Source: Candidatus Gottesmanbacteria bacterium
GTDB taxonomy: Bacteria; Patescibacteriota; Microgenomatia; UBA10105; UBA927
Assembly: GCA_963714095.1 (NCBI GenBank)
Contig: OY970230.1
Coordinates: 334,114 to 386,739, forward strand
DNA length: 52,626 nucleotides
Reading direction: 5' to 3'
This document shows, piece after piece, positions 45,200 to 52,626 of this stretch; position 1 is the first letter of the stretch; every line of letters begins with the position of its first letter. Position numbers and translations under genes: made by a program. Below the pieces are notes generated by a model. That model was not told the DNA's origin. It saw only the letters and a list, made by a program, of their open reading frames with translations, and ran no database searches.

Positions 45200-45875
45200 T
45201 CCAACCGTCCGCAAAATACTTCTCTCTATTGCCATCCTTATCGGCGTAGCAATAGTGGTCTACCTTATTATTCAGGGGCGGCATTATTTTAACCGCCGGG
45301 GTATCCGGCAAATGCAGACCGTCATTAATTCGTACGGATCATTGTCACCGTTTGCTCTCATATTTCTTATCGTCATAAGTACCGTCATTCCACCGCTTCC
45401 CCTCCCCATCCCGCTTATCGAAATGGCGGCAGGACTCATATTCGGATTCGGTGAAGGATTTCTCCTGGTGTGGGTATCACAAATTATCGGATCGGTTGCC
45501 GCGTTTGTCATGACGCGAATAGTAGGCAAAAGCATATTCCGCCGTATGTTAGAAAATAAAATCTTTAATTTTTACCGACGATATATCCATGATAAAGGTC
45601 CGCTGGCAATATTCACGATCCGGGCAACGATGGCTTCACCGTTTAACGTGGTAAGTTTTCTTGCAGGTCTCACGCAAATGAAAATCCTTAATTTTACCAT
45701 CGCAACAATCCTTGGCACCATCCCCGAATCGTTATTGTTCTCTTATGTCGGCAGTCTGTTACAGAGCACGCGTTTACGGCTGTGGTATATATTTATTTTG
45801 ACTGTGCTTCTGGGGGCCATCGGGCCGATCTTTATGTATCTGGAGTCGAAATACCTGACGAACGAAAAACGCTAG
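45177..45875 (+). CDS. TVP38/TMEM64 (DedA-superfamily) membrane protein
   Basis: Start at ATG 45177 (MPKKIRNNP). Contains PPLPLPIPLIEMAAGLIFG and SQIIGSVAAFVMTRIVGK. Confidence 0.85.
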   Translation: MPKKIRNNPTVRKILLSIAILIGVAIVVYLIIQGRHYFNRRGIRQMQTVINSYGSLSPFALIFLIVISTVIPPLPLPIPLIEMAAGLIFGFGEGFLLVWVSQIIGSVAAFVMTRIVGKSIFRRMLENKIFNFYRRYIHDKGPLAIFTIRATMASPFNVVSFLAGLTQMKILNFTIATILGTIPESLLFSYVGSLLQSTRLRLWYIFILTVLLGAIGPIFMYLESKYLTNEKR

Positions 45876-45917
45876 CCTCCTCTTGCCCCTGACTATTCCT
45901 TGGGATACTATAGCCAT

Positions 45918-46427
45918 ATGCGGCGATCAGTGGCGAGGCTTAAAGGAATCGGATTTATTTTATGGCATACCAGACATGAATTTTACCATATGCTCCTGGG
46001 GCTTATTTGGGCATGGTTTCTGCGGGAAATTTGGCGGCAACTCAATGCAGAGTGGATTGCTGTTTCCGTGATCGGATCGCTCATACCGGACCTTGATCAT
46101 TTCTTCTATTTTTTCATTTATGGTAGGAAAGACATGTATTCAGAACAGGTGAAAAATTTCTTCAGAAGCCGCGAGTGGCGTATATTATGGAAATTCCTGG
46201 AAACCGGCCATAAATACCAGACAGAGTTAGCTACCCATAATTATTACTTTATGATAGTTCTTCTGCTTCTGTCTCTCACGTCATTTCTTTATAACTGGAA
46301 AATAGCGGTCGTTCTGTTTGGCGCAATGCTCATTCATTACCTTTTCGATGTATTTGACGATATCGTAACACTGGGATATATCAATACGAATTGGAAGCGA
46401 TGGTGGAAACCGAAGAGATTAAGGTAA
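45918..46427 (+). CDS. membrane protein, YdjM/DUF457-like metal-dependent hydrolase (tentative)
   Basis: Start set at ATG 45918, preceded by TTGCCC-17-TACTAT-6. Contains SLIPDLDHF and HYLFDVFDD with His/Asp in TM-flanking loops. Confidence 0.55.
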   Translation: MRRSVARLKGIGFILWHTRHEFYHMLLGLIWAWFLREIWRQLNAEWIAVSVIGSLIPDLDHFFYFFIYGRKDMYSEQVKNFFRSREWRILWKFLETGHKYQTELATHNYYFMIVLLLLSLTSFLYNWKIAVVLFGAMLIHYLFDVFDDIVTLGYINTNWKRWWKPKRLR

Positions 46428-47399
46428 CGGCCGTCGCTTCTTCATCTTCAAATAAAATACGGCCCCGAATACGGCACAAACAACACCAACTGCAGTTGCC
46501 CCGAGCATAATATAATTCACAAAAGAATGAGACGCACCGGTTGCCCCAGGAGTCGGTGTAGGTGCTTCCGTTGGCGTCGCTCCGGCGGTCGGCGTATCCG
46601 CTGTTATATCAGGTGTAGGTGTATCGGTCGGTGTGTCTATTATAGGCGCGGGCGTAGGTGTAGGAAATCCGCCGGCCACCTCTGACATCTCGTTGGAATA
46701 GCTACCGGCTGTGCATCCGTTATTTGCCATCACAGCGAAATAATATTTCGTCCCTGTATTCAATCCCCCGACGGTAAATGATGTCGTCCCCTGCCCGCCG
46801 ATATTCGGGTCTCCGTAAATATAGTTACCGGAGGAAAGACCGTATGAAACTACGTAATTCGTCACAGGATTTGATGCATCCGTCCACGTGAGCGTTATAT
46901 CATGGGCATCTGTAGATACCGCGGATGTCAGCTGTACGGTGCTTCCCGGCACCGAATCCGTACATACTCCGGGAGCGGGAGGTGTCGGCGTTGGGGTTGC
47001 AGATCCCGGCTGATAAAACGTGACGCTTCCGGTAAGCGTGGTGTTCGTTGTCGTATCGAGGACTGTAATATTGACGCCTCCTACGCTCGTTGTTGTCATG
47101 CTGAAAGTAAAATTTCCGCTGCCATCTACCTGCGATTGCAGTGTTGTCTGTGAATTAAATCTGGTCGTTGAATCGCTTGAGGTTATTGTCACGTTGTCAT
47201 TGGGCACCGCGGCATCATTTGAATCGTGAAGTGTTATCTGAACGGTTGACGCTGTCGAGCCGTCCGCAGGAGCGGATGTCGCGGATATATAAAAATGGCC
47301 CTGATCCGGCGAGTTACCTGCAAATACACGGGCCGGAGAATGTAAACCACAAAGAATAAGAAAAACCGCGATGATTCCTGCTACAACTCTTCCCTTCAT
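46419..47399 (-). CDS. cell-surface protein: signal peptide, Big-like Ig domain, FN3-like domain, PT linker, C-terminal TM helix plus basic tail
   Basis: 326 aa. ADGSTASTVQITLHDSNDAAVPNDNVTITS is Big_1-like. ITLTWTDASNPVTNYVVSYG...GTKYYFAVMA is FN3-like. The C-terminus is a hydrophobic helix followed by KMKKRRPLP. Confidence 0.7.
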   Translation of the reverse strand: MKGRVVAGIIAVFLILCGLHSPARVFAGNSPDQGHFYISATSAPADGSTASTVQITLHDSNDAAVPNDNVTITSSDSTTRFNSQTTLQSQVDGSGNFTFSMTTTSVGGVNITVLDTTTNTTLTGSVTFYQPGSATPTPTPPAPGVCTDSVPGSTVQLTSAVSTDAHDITLTWTDASNPVTNYVVSYGLSSGNYIYGDPNIGGQGTTSFTVGGLNTGTKYYFAVMANNGCTAGSYSNEMSEVAGGFPTPTPAPIIDTPTDTPTPDITADTPTAGATPTEAPTPTPGATGASHSFVNYIMLGATAVGVVCAVFGAVFYLKMKKRRPLP

Positions 47400-47464
47400 A
47401 TGGTGATGATACGAATTAAGACGAGTATAGGCAAGTTTTCTGATAAAATGCTGAGGAAACTCAA

Positions 47465-48103
47465 TCAGTGTGTCTTCGTATACACGACCATTTTTGCGGA
47501 CATGCCGTTTTTTATGGCAGGATACCGGATTGAATCAAATTTGGCATACACGGTAAATTGCTGCGTAGCGCGCTCTGTTGAGGTGGAAAATGAAAAGGCA
47601 GGCGCGACAGCTGAGGGTGAAATTTCATCAACATACCCCCAATAGGTATTCCCGGACAATGCATCAACCGTAAATGAAACAACTTGCCCGACCCGGATGT
47701 CATTTAAACCTTTATTCTCGTCGATGGTACCCGCAACCCGGATATTTACCGGCCGGATCATCTGGATAAGCTGTGTCGCTGGATTTACCGTAGAACCTGT
47801 AAGATCCGCAGCCGATATAATAAGGCCGTCTGTGTCTGCGCGAAGCGTCTCGCTTCCGACGACTGCCAATGTATCACCGTTTTGTACCGTTTGCCCCTCC
47901 TTGACATCAATTTCAGTAACCTTACCGGAAGACGAAGGTGAAATGGTAATAACCGGTGCCTGTATCAGTGAATTATCAATAAATACTCTACCGGTTGTTT
48001 TGGCGAAAATAATATATAAAACACCCACGACAATGACCCCGCATATGCTGCCTGCAATTGTCAGAAATTTTCGGTTTTTGAATAAAGAAACTATTTTTTT
48101 CAT
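47465..48103 (-). CDS. HlyD-family secretion/adaptor protein (short, no coiled coil)
   Basis: 212 aa. TM anchor, lipoyl-like SGKVTEIDVKEGQTVQNGDTLAV, and a beta-barrel VGQVVSFTVDAL. Confidence 0.8.
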   Translation of the reverse strand: MKKIVSLFKNRKFLTIAGSICGVIVVGVLYIIFAKTTGRVFIDNSLIQAPVITISPSSSGKVTEIDVKEGQTVQNGDTLAVVGSETLRADTDGLIISAADLTGSTVNPATQLIQMIRPVNIRVAGTIDENKGLNDIRVGQVVSFTVDALSGNTYWGYVDEISPSAVAPAFSFSTSTERATQQFTVYAKFDSIRYPAIKNGMSAKMVVYTKTH

Positions 48104-49200
48104 AGCATCTGATACTTGAGAGTCGGAATAAATTTCGGATCAATGATTATTTTGTCATCCGACGACAATCCTTTCGTGATTTCTATTTCATTTCCATGAA
48201 TTTTTACTGCCGTCACCTGCCTTAAAGCAGGCGTTCCGTTATTGTCAATCCATATATATTTACCGGCAAGTACGGTCCAGGCGGGAACAAGTGCAACATG
48301 CTGTGCATTCGTACTGATGATTGCCGTACCGTTCTCATCCAACTTTGCCAGTTTTTTTAAATCACTACTTACTATATCCACCTGGTACACGGCCTGTCCG
48401 CTTGGTAAGAGAACTTTTGAGGGATAAATTTTTATAACCGTACCGGATATCTTATTCTGTATGCCGTCTATGGCAAGAGTAACAGCGCTTCCCTCGGCAA
48501 TGTAATAAATACTTCCTGTCGGTACATTTGCACGAAACACCATCGTACTCGGATCAGCCACAATGAAGGTGGTGGCAGGCGTAATGTTTATTCCCGGAAG
48601 ACTGACGTCTTCATGCGTAATGATGCCGTTTATCGGAGACGTCAGGCTGGAAAGCTGCACGGCATACTTAGCAAGATCTACATTTATCTGCGCTGAATTT
48701 TGAGCCAGCAAATCATTGTCTACTATTCGAGTTACCGCATCATACACAACCGCTGCTTCTGTGATGGCAGCATATGCCTGCTTGTTGGACGTATCAAGAG
48801 CATACCGGGTTTGTCCTTCGATAATTCCCGCCTGGTTATTTTCAAGTGCCTGGTCAATATTGTTTTTTGTCGCCTGATAGGCGTTTGAGGCAAGCTGTAA
48901 TTCCTGCCTAAGTGCGTAAGTATCCAACGACGCGATAGTCTGTCCCTGATACACCGTATCTCCTTCTTTAAAAGGCATGTACACTAATTTGCCCGGCGTT
49001 TGGAAATTAAGCATTGCTTCATCCTGGGCTGTTACTGTCCCGTCGGCGCTGATTGTGGAACTGACAAATTGCACTGATGTCGTGGTAGTCGGCCCGGAAC
49101 CCGGACGCGAAGATACCTGCACATATTTGTTCCCTACTAGTATGCCACTGGCAACGAATACGACAAGACACGCGGTCAGGATAATACGTTTACGACTCAT
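48100..49200 (-). CDS. efflux periplasmic adaptor (HlyD/membrane-fusion family)
   Basis: 366 aa. TM anchor, FKEGDTVYQGQTIASLD, coiled-coil region, and LTSPINGIITHEDV. ATGA overlap with the downstream gene. Confidence 0.75.
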   Translation of the reverse strand: MSRKRIILTACLVVFVASGILVGNKYVQVSSRPGSGPTTTTSVQFVSSTISADGTVTAQDEAMLNFQTPGKLVYMPFKEGDTVYQGQTIASLDTYALRQELQLASNAYQATKNNIDQALENNQAGIIEGQTRYALDTSNKQAYAAITEAAVVYDAVTRIVDNDLLAQNSAQINVDLAKYAVQLSSLTSPINGIITHEDVSLPGINITPATTFIVADPSTMVFRANVPTGSIYYIAEGSAVTLAIDGIQNKISGTVIKIYPSKVLLPSGQAVYQVDIVSSDLKKLAKLDENGTAIISTNAQHVALVPAWTVLAGKYIWIDNNGTPALRQVTAVKIHGNEIEITKGLSSDDKIIIDPKFIPTLKYQML

Positions 49201-49201
49201 G

Positions 49202-49630
49202 TTATTTTTGTAATTTTGTGTTTAATGTTTTAATGATATTAAATAATTCAGCTTTTTCGTTCCCTGATAAATAGGATAGCATCTTTTCGAGTTTATTTCT
49301 GCGGTCATGCATTGCCTGTTCGAGTAATTTTTTCCCTTCATCCGTGAGTGAAATGAGCACAAGTCTCCGGTCTTCTTTGTCTGCGCGGCGTTCGATGAGC
49401 GCAAGATCACATAACTTCGTAATTAAACTTGTTGCCGATGGCAACTCTATTCGGAAATATTCTGCGATATCACTCATGGATGTTACGGCACGATTCTTCA
49501 GAAAAAAGAGTGTCTGAATTTGTAATATACTGAGATGTATTAAATGATTTGTATACGACATCTCGTCTTTCATAAGGCGGGAAACCGCAAAAATCATCTC
49601 GACTAATTCATTAGGATTGTCTTGTTTCAT
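49202..49630 (-). CDS. MarR-family transcriptional regulator
   Basis: 142 aa. Winged helix: SILQIQTLFFLKNRAVTSMSDIAEYFRIELPSATSLITKL...DRRLVLISLT.EG. Confidence 0.9.
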   Translation of the reverse strand: MKQDNPNELVEMIFAVSRLMKDEMSYTNHLIHLSILQIQTLFFLKNRAVTSMSDIAEYFRIELPSATSLITKLCDLALIERRADKEDRRLVLISLTDEGKKLLEQAMHDRRNKLEKMLSYLSGNEKAELFNIIKTLNTKLQK

Positions 49631-49632
49631 AT

Positions 49633-49653
49633 ATAGTTAGACTATCTAACTAT
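49633..49653. promoter_or_regulatory. perfect 9-3-9 palindrome, putative MarR operator overlapping the -35 of the divergent ABC operon promoter
   Basis: ATAGTTAGA-cta-TCTAACTAT. The plus-strand promoter TTAGAC (49638..49643)-17-TATAAT (49661..49666) overlaps it. Confidence 0.55.
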
Positions 49654-49702
49654 TTTAGAGTATAATATATTCGCGGAAGCGTGTCAATTACGCATAGCGT
49701 AT

Positions 49703-51442
49703 ATGATTAAACTTTTACGATTCCTAAAACCATACCGCTGGCTCCTTGTCCTTGTCTTTGTTCTTGCCATCGGGCAATCCGTCGCGAACCTGTATTTGCC
49801 GACACTCATGGCTGATATTGTCAATAACGGTATTGCCAGCTTTAATACTGCTTATATTTGGCAAACAGGCGGCTACATGGTACTTGTCGCCATCGGAGGA
49901 ACGCTTTGTGCCGTGGTAGGCATTTATTATTCTTCCCAGATTGCCACAGGGATGTGCACTCTGATTCGCGCCGATATATTTAAAAAGATCCAGCAATTTT
50001 CACTCCATGAGTTTGATACCATCAGTACTGCATCGCTTATCACCCGCACGACCAACGATTCCAATCAGATTCAACAAGTCATGGTGATGATTTTTAGCAT
50101 GCTTATTACTGCCCCAATTACGCTCGTCGTTGGTGTCATTTTGGCACTTCATGAAGATGTAGGTCTCGCGTGGGTCCTTGTCGCTCTCATGCCGATCCTT
50201 ATCGGATTCATTATTTTTCTCCTGATCAAGGCCATCCCGCTCTTTACCGTCATGCAGGTTAAATTAGACAAATTGAACTTAATTTTGGATGAAAATCTCA
50301 CCGGAGTTCGTGTTGTTCGAGCATTTAACCGGATTGCTCACGAAGAAGAACGGTTTGACGTGGCAAATCATGATGTGACCAATGTTGCCATTAAAGTGAA
50401 CCAACTCATGGCCTCGATGATGCCGATGATGATGCTCATGATCAATATGTCGAGCGTTGCAATAATCTGGTTCGGAAGTCACCGCGTTGCGGCGGATAAA
50501 CTCGAAATCGGGGCCATGTTTGCGTTCTTACAGTATGCGTTCCAGATTCTGTTTTCACTGCTCATGGTTGCCGTCACGTTTGTTATGATTCCGCGGGCGG
50601 AAGCGTCGGCAAAACGCATCAACGAAGTGATGGATATGGAACCGGAAATCAATGATCCGAAACAAGCAAAAGGCGCCGCAAAAACGAAAGGGTATGTCCA
50701 ATTCCAGGGTGTGTCCTTCAGTTATCACGGGGCAGAAAAGCCTGCCCTTTCGGATATTTCATTTGCCGCCGCCCCGGGAGAGGTAACCGCAATTATCGGC
50801 GGCACAGGATCGGGTAAATCGACGCTCGTGAACCTTATTCCGCGGTTTTACGATGTGGATAAAGGGAAAATACTGGTTGACGGCGAGGACACACGCGAAA
50901 TGACGCAGGAAGCTCTACGGACTAGAATCGGATTTATCCCGCAAAAAGCGATTCTATTCTCCGGCACGATCAATGACAACATCCGCTACGGAAAAGAAGA
51001 CGCCAGTGAAAAAGAAATTCAGCACGCCGCAGACATTGCCCAAGCCACGGAGTTTATTTCAAAAATGCCGGAGCAGTTTAACTCCCAAATTTCCCAGGGG
51101 GGTACCAACGTGTCCGGCGGGCAGATGCAGCGGCTTTCGATTGCCCGGGCGCTCGTTCGCAAACCAGAAATCTACATCTTTGACGACACCTTCTCCGCCC
51201 TCGACTTTAAAACCGATGCTCGCCTCCGGGCAGCTCTCAAAGGAGAAACCAAAAACGCAACCGTGCTTATTGTTGCCCAGCGGGTGAGTACTGTGATTGA
51301 TGCGGATCAGATTATCGTCCTTGACGACGGACACGTCGTCGGGATCGGGAAACATAACGAGTTAATGAAAACCTGCGAGGTCTATAAAGGAATTGTCACG
51401 TCGCAGTTATCAGCTGCAGAAATTAAAGAGGAGTCTGCATGA
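49703..51442 (+). CDS. ABC exporter, fused TMD-NBD half-transporter (multidrug type, subunit 1)
   Basis: 579 aa with 6 TM helices. Walker A GGTGSGKST, signature VSGGQMQRLSIARAL, Walker B IYIFDDTFSALD. Confidence 0.95.
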   Translation: MIKLLRFLKPYRWLLVLVFVLAIGQSVANLYLPTLMADIVNNGIASFNTAYIWQTGGYMVLVAIGGTLCAVVGIYYSSQIATGMCTLIRADIFKKIQQFSLHEFDTISTASLITRTTNDSNQIQQVMVMIFSMLITAPITLVVGVILALHEDVGLAWVLVALMPILIGFIIFLLIKAIPLFTVMQVKLDKLNLILDENLTGVRVVRAFNRIAHEEERFDVANHDVTNVAIKVNQLMASMMPMMMLMINMSSVAIIWFGSHRVAADKLEIGAMFAFLQYAFQILFSLLMVAVTFVMIPRAEASAKRINEVMDMEPEINDPKQAKGAAKTKGYVQFQGVSFSYHGAEKPALSDISFAAAPGEVTAIIGGTGSGKSTLVNLIPRFYDVDKGKILVDGEDTREMTQEALRTRIGFIPQKAILFSGTINDNIRYGKEDASEKEIQHAADIAQATEFISKMPEQFNSQISQGGTNVSGGQMQRLSIARALVRKPEIYIFDDTFSALDFKTDARLRAALKGETKNATVLIVAQRVSTVIDADQIIVLDDGHVVGIGKHNELMKTCEVYKGIVTSQLSAAEIKEESA

Positions 51443-52626
51443 GCGAAGCAAGTAAAACTGAAACCAAGAGCAACCCGATGAACCGTGGCGGGTGGGGCGC
51501 CATGGGCCGGCCCGTGGAAAAGGCAAAAGATTTCAAAGGCACGCTCAAACGGCTGCTTCTGTATTTCGTACCGGAAAAAATCCGGTTGGGGGTTGTGGTT
51601 GCCTCGGCCATCATCGGCACGGTATTTACGATCGTGGGGCCGAAAATTTTGGGGCTTGCGACTACCAAACTGTTTAATGACCTCATCGCCAGTTTCATAA
51701 TCCAGGTGAAAAATCACGTGATGCCCGCGGCCCATTCACCGGTACCGGGCATCGAATTCGGCTATATCGGACACATCATGCTCATTTTGCTCGGGCTCTA
51801 CGTGTTGAGTTCTGTTTTCATATACATCCAGCAATATCTCATGGCAGGCGTGGCTCAACGGACGATTTATACATTGCGGAAAGAGGTCGACAAGAAATTG
51901 TCGGTGTTGCCCCTCAAATACTTTGACGGCCGGACGCACGGAGAAATTCTTTCCCGCGCAGTGAATGACATGGATAATATCGGCTCGACGCTCCAGCAAA
52001 GCGTCACCCAACTCATTACCTCCGTCATCCAGCTCATCGGCGTCCTTATCATGATGCTCACCATCAGTTGGTTACTGACGCTCATCGTGCTAACGACGCT
52101 TCCCTTAAGCATTTTTGTCGTCACTGGGATAGCCAAACGCTCACAGGATTTTTTCAGGAAACAGCAAAGCTCGCTCGGAGACCTTAATGGCCATGTGGAG
52201 GAAATGTATTCCGGGCACAAAATCGTCAAAGCCTTTGGGCACGAAGGAAAAGCAATTGCCCAGTTTGAAGTGCTCAACAACAATCTCTACGATGCGGGGT
52301 GGAAAGCCCAATTTGTGTCCGGCGTCATTATGCCGCTCATGCGGTTTGTGGGAAACCTAGGCTACGTGTTTGTTGCGGTCGCGGGCGGCATTATGGCAAC
52401 CCAGGGCAGTATCTCCATCGGCGATGTGCAGGCGTTTATCCAGTATTCGTCCTCATTTTCCCAGCCTATCACTATGCTTGCCAATATCGCAAACGTGATC
52501 CAGTCCGCCATCGCCTCGGCGGAGCGAATTTTTGAGCTCTTGGATGAAGAGGAGCAGGTGAAGGAAATTGCCAACCCCATCGTCATTAAAAATCCACAGG
52601 GCGCCGTGAAATTTGACCATGTACAT
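51439..52626 (+). CDS. ABC exporter half-transporter subunit 2 (partial, runs off right edge)
   Basis: Not in the ORF track because there is no stop in the window. The ATG at 51439 forms an ATGA overlap with the upstream stop. Reads MSEASKTETKSNPMNRGGWGAMGRPVEKAKDFKGTLKRLLLYFVPEK..., a typical heterodimeric partner N-terminus. The frame stays open to 52626. Confidence 0.9.
   Translation, partial: MSEASKTETKSNPMNRGGWGAMGRPVEKAKDFKGTLKRLLLYFVPEKIRLGVVVASAIIGTVFTIVGPKILGLATTKLFNDLIASFIIQVKNHVMPAAHSPVPGIEFGYIGHIMLILLGLYVLSSVFIYIQQYLMAGVAQRTIYTLRKEVDKKLSVLPLKYFDGRTHGEILSRAVNDMDNIGSTLQQSVTQLITSVIQLIGVLIMMLTISWLLTLIVLTTLPLSIFVVTGIAKRSQDFFRKQQSSLGDLNGHVEEMYSGHKIVKAFGHEGKAIAQFEVLNNNLYDAGWKAQFVSGVIMPLMRFVGNLGYVFVAVAGGIMATQGSISIGDVQAFIQYSSSFSQPITMLANIANVIQSAIASAERIFELLDEEEQVKEIANPIVIKNPQGAVKFDHVH

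Noticed and set aside
1-52626. Search for rRNA genes, transposases/IS elements, integrons and toxin-antitoxin pairs
   Set aside because: None was recognisable by eye. The tandem units at 11827..12775 lack attC-like GTTRRRY/RYYYAAC inverted cores, so an integron-cassette interpretation was dropped.

Overview
52.6-kb chromosomal segment with about 65 tightly packed genes. It probably comes from a small-genome, uncultivated bacterium; a CPR/Patescibacteria-like origin is only an inference from gene content and the many small PT-rich membrane-anchored proteins. I found no rRNA, CRISPR array, transposase or integrase.

Gene content, left to right:
- serS (partial), rdgB, and lysS carrying a C-terminal HD-hydrolase fusion.
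- An HDAC-type deacetylase translationally coupled to an unknown 368-aa protein.
- greA, tRNA-Glu(CUC), a PAS-like protein, DegV, DUF192 and hflX.
- A three-nuclease cluster: Cas4-like PD-(D/E)XK nuclease, DpnI-family methyl-directed endonuclease and a NERD protein. Next to it are two tandem paralogous unknown genes.
- About 7 kb of secreted or membrane-anchored proteins (DUF2207, cohesin-like, DPBB, VanW), then tspO and a class-A beta-lactamase-like hydrolase.
- lon, preceded by a CIRCE-like operator.
- A 10-gene minus-strand block: PIG-L deacetylase, sufCBD, Rieske protein, sufS, sufU, ferredoxin, korAB.
- An ABC-2 exporter with a PEBP protein, and a MacAB-like efflux set.
- SDR and Bcp.
- A flavinylation module (FMN_bind protein, ApbE, NqrB/RnfD-FNR fusion) followed by an OmpR/HK pair, PAP2, DedA and a YdjM-like protein.
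- A MarR-controlled efflux locus with two HlyD adaptors and a heterodimeric ABC exporter, the last gene running off the right edge.

Most interesting signals:
1. The nuclease/defence cluster and the adjacent tandem paralogs.
2. A Pho-box-like 7-4-7 direct-repeat motif shared by three promoters. It links the two-component system to the flavinylation operon and to a Gly-rich secreted protein.
3. The compact NQR/RNF-like flavinylation module, whose ApbE has no signal peptide.
4. The LysRS-HD fusion.
5. Two promoter-proximal terminator leaders, one before greA and one before the unknown/HDAC pair.
6. Pervasive leaderless-type promoters, with a -10 box 6-10 nt upstream of the start codon.

All functional calls come from reading the translated ORFs and recognising motifs. 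No database search was run.
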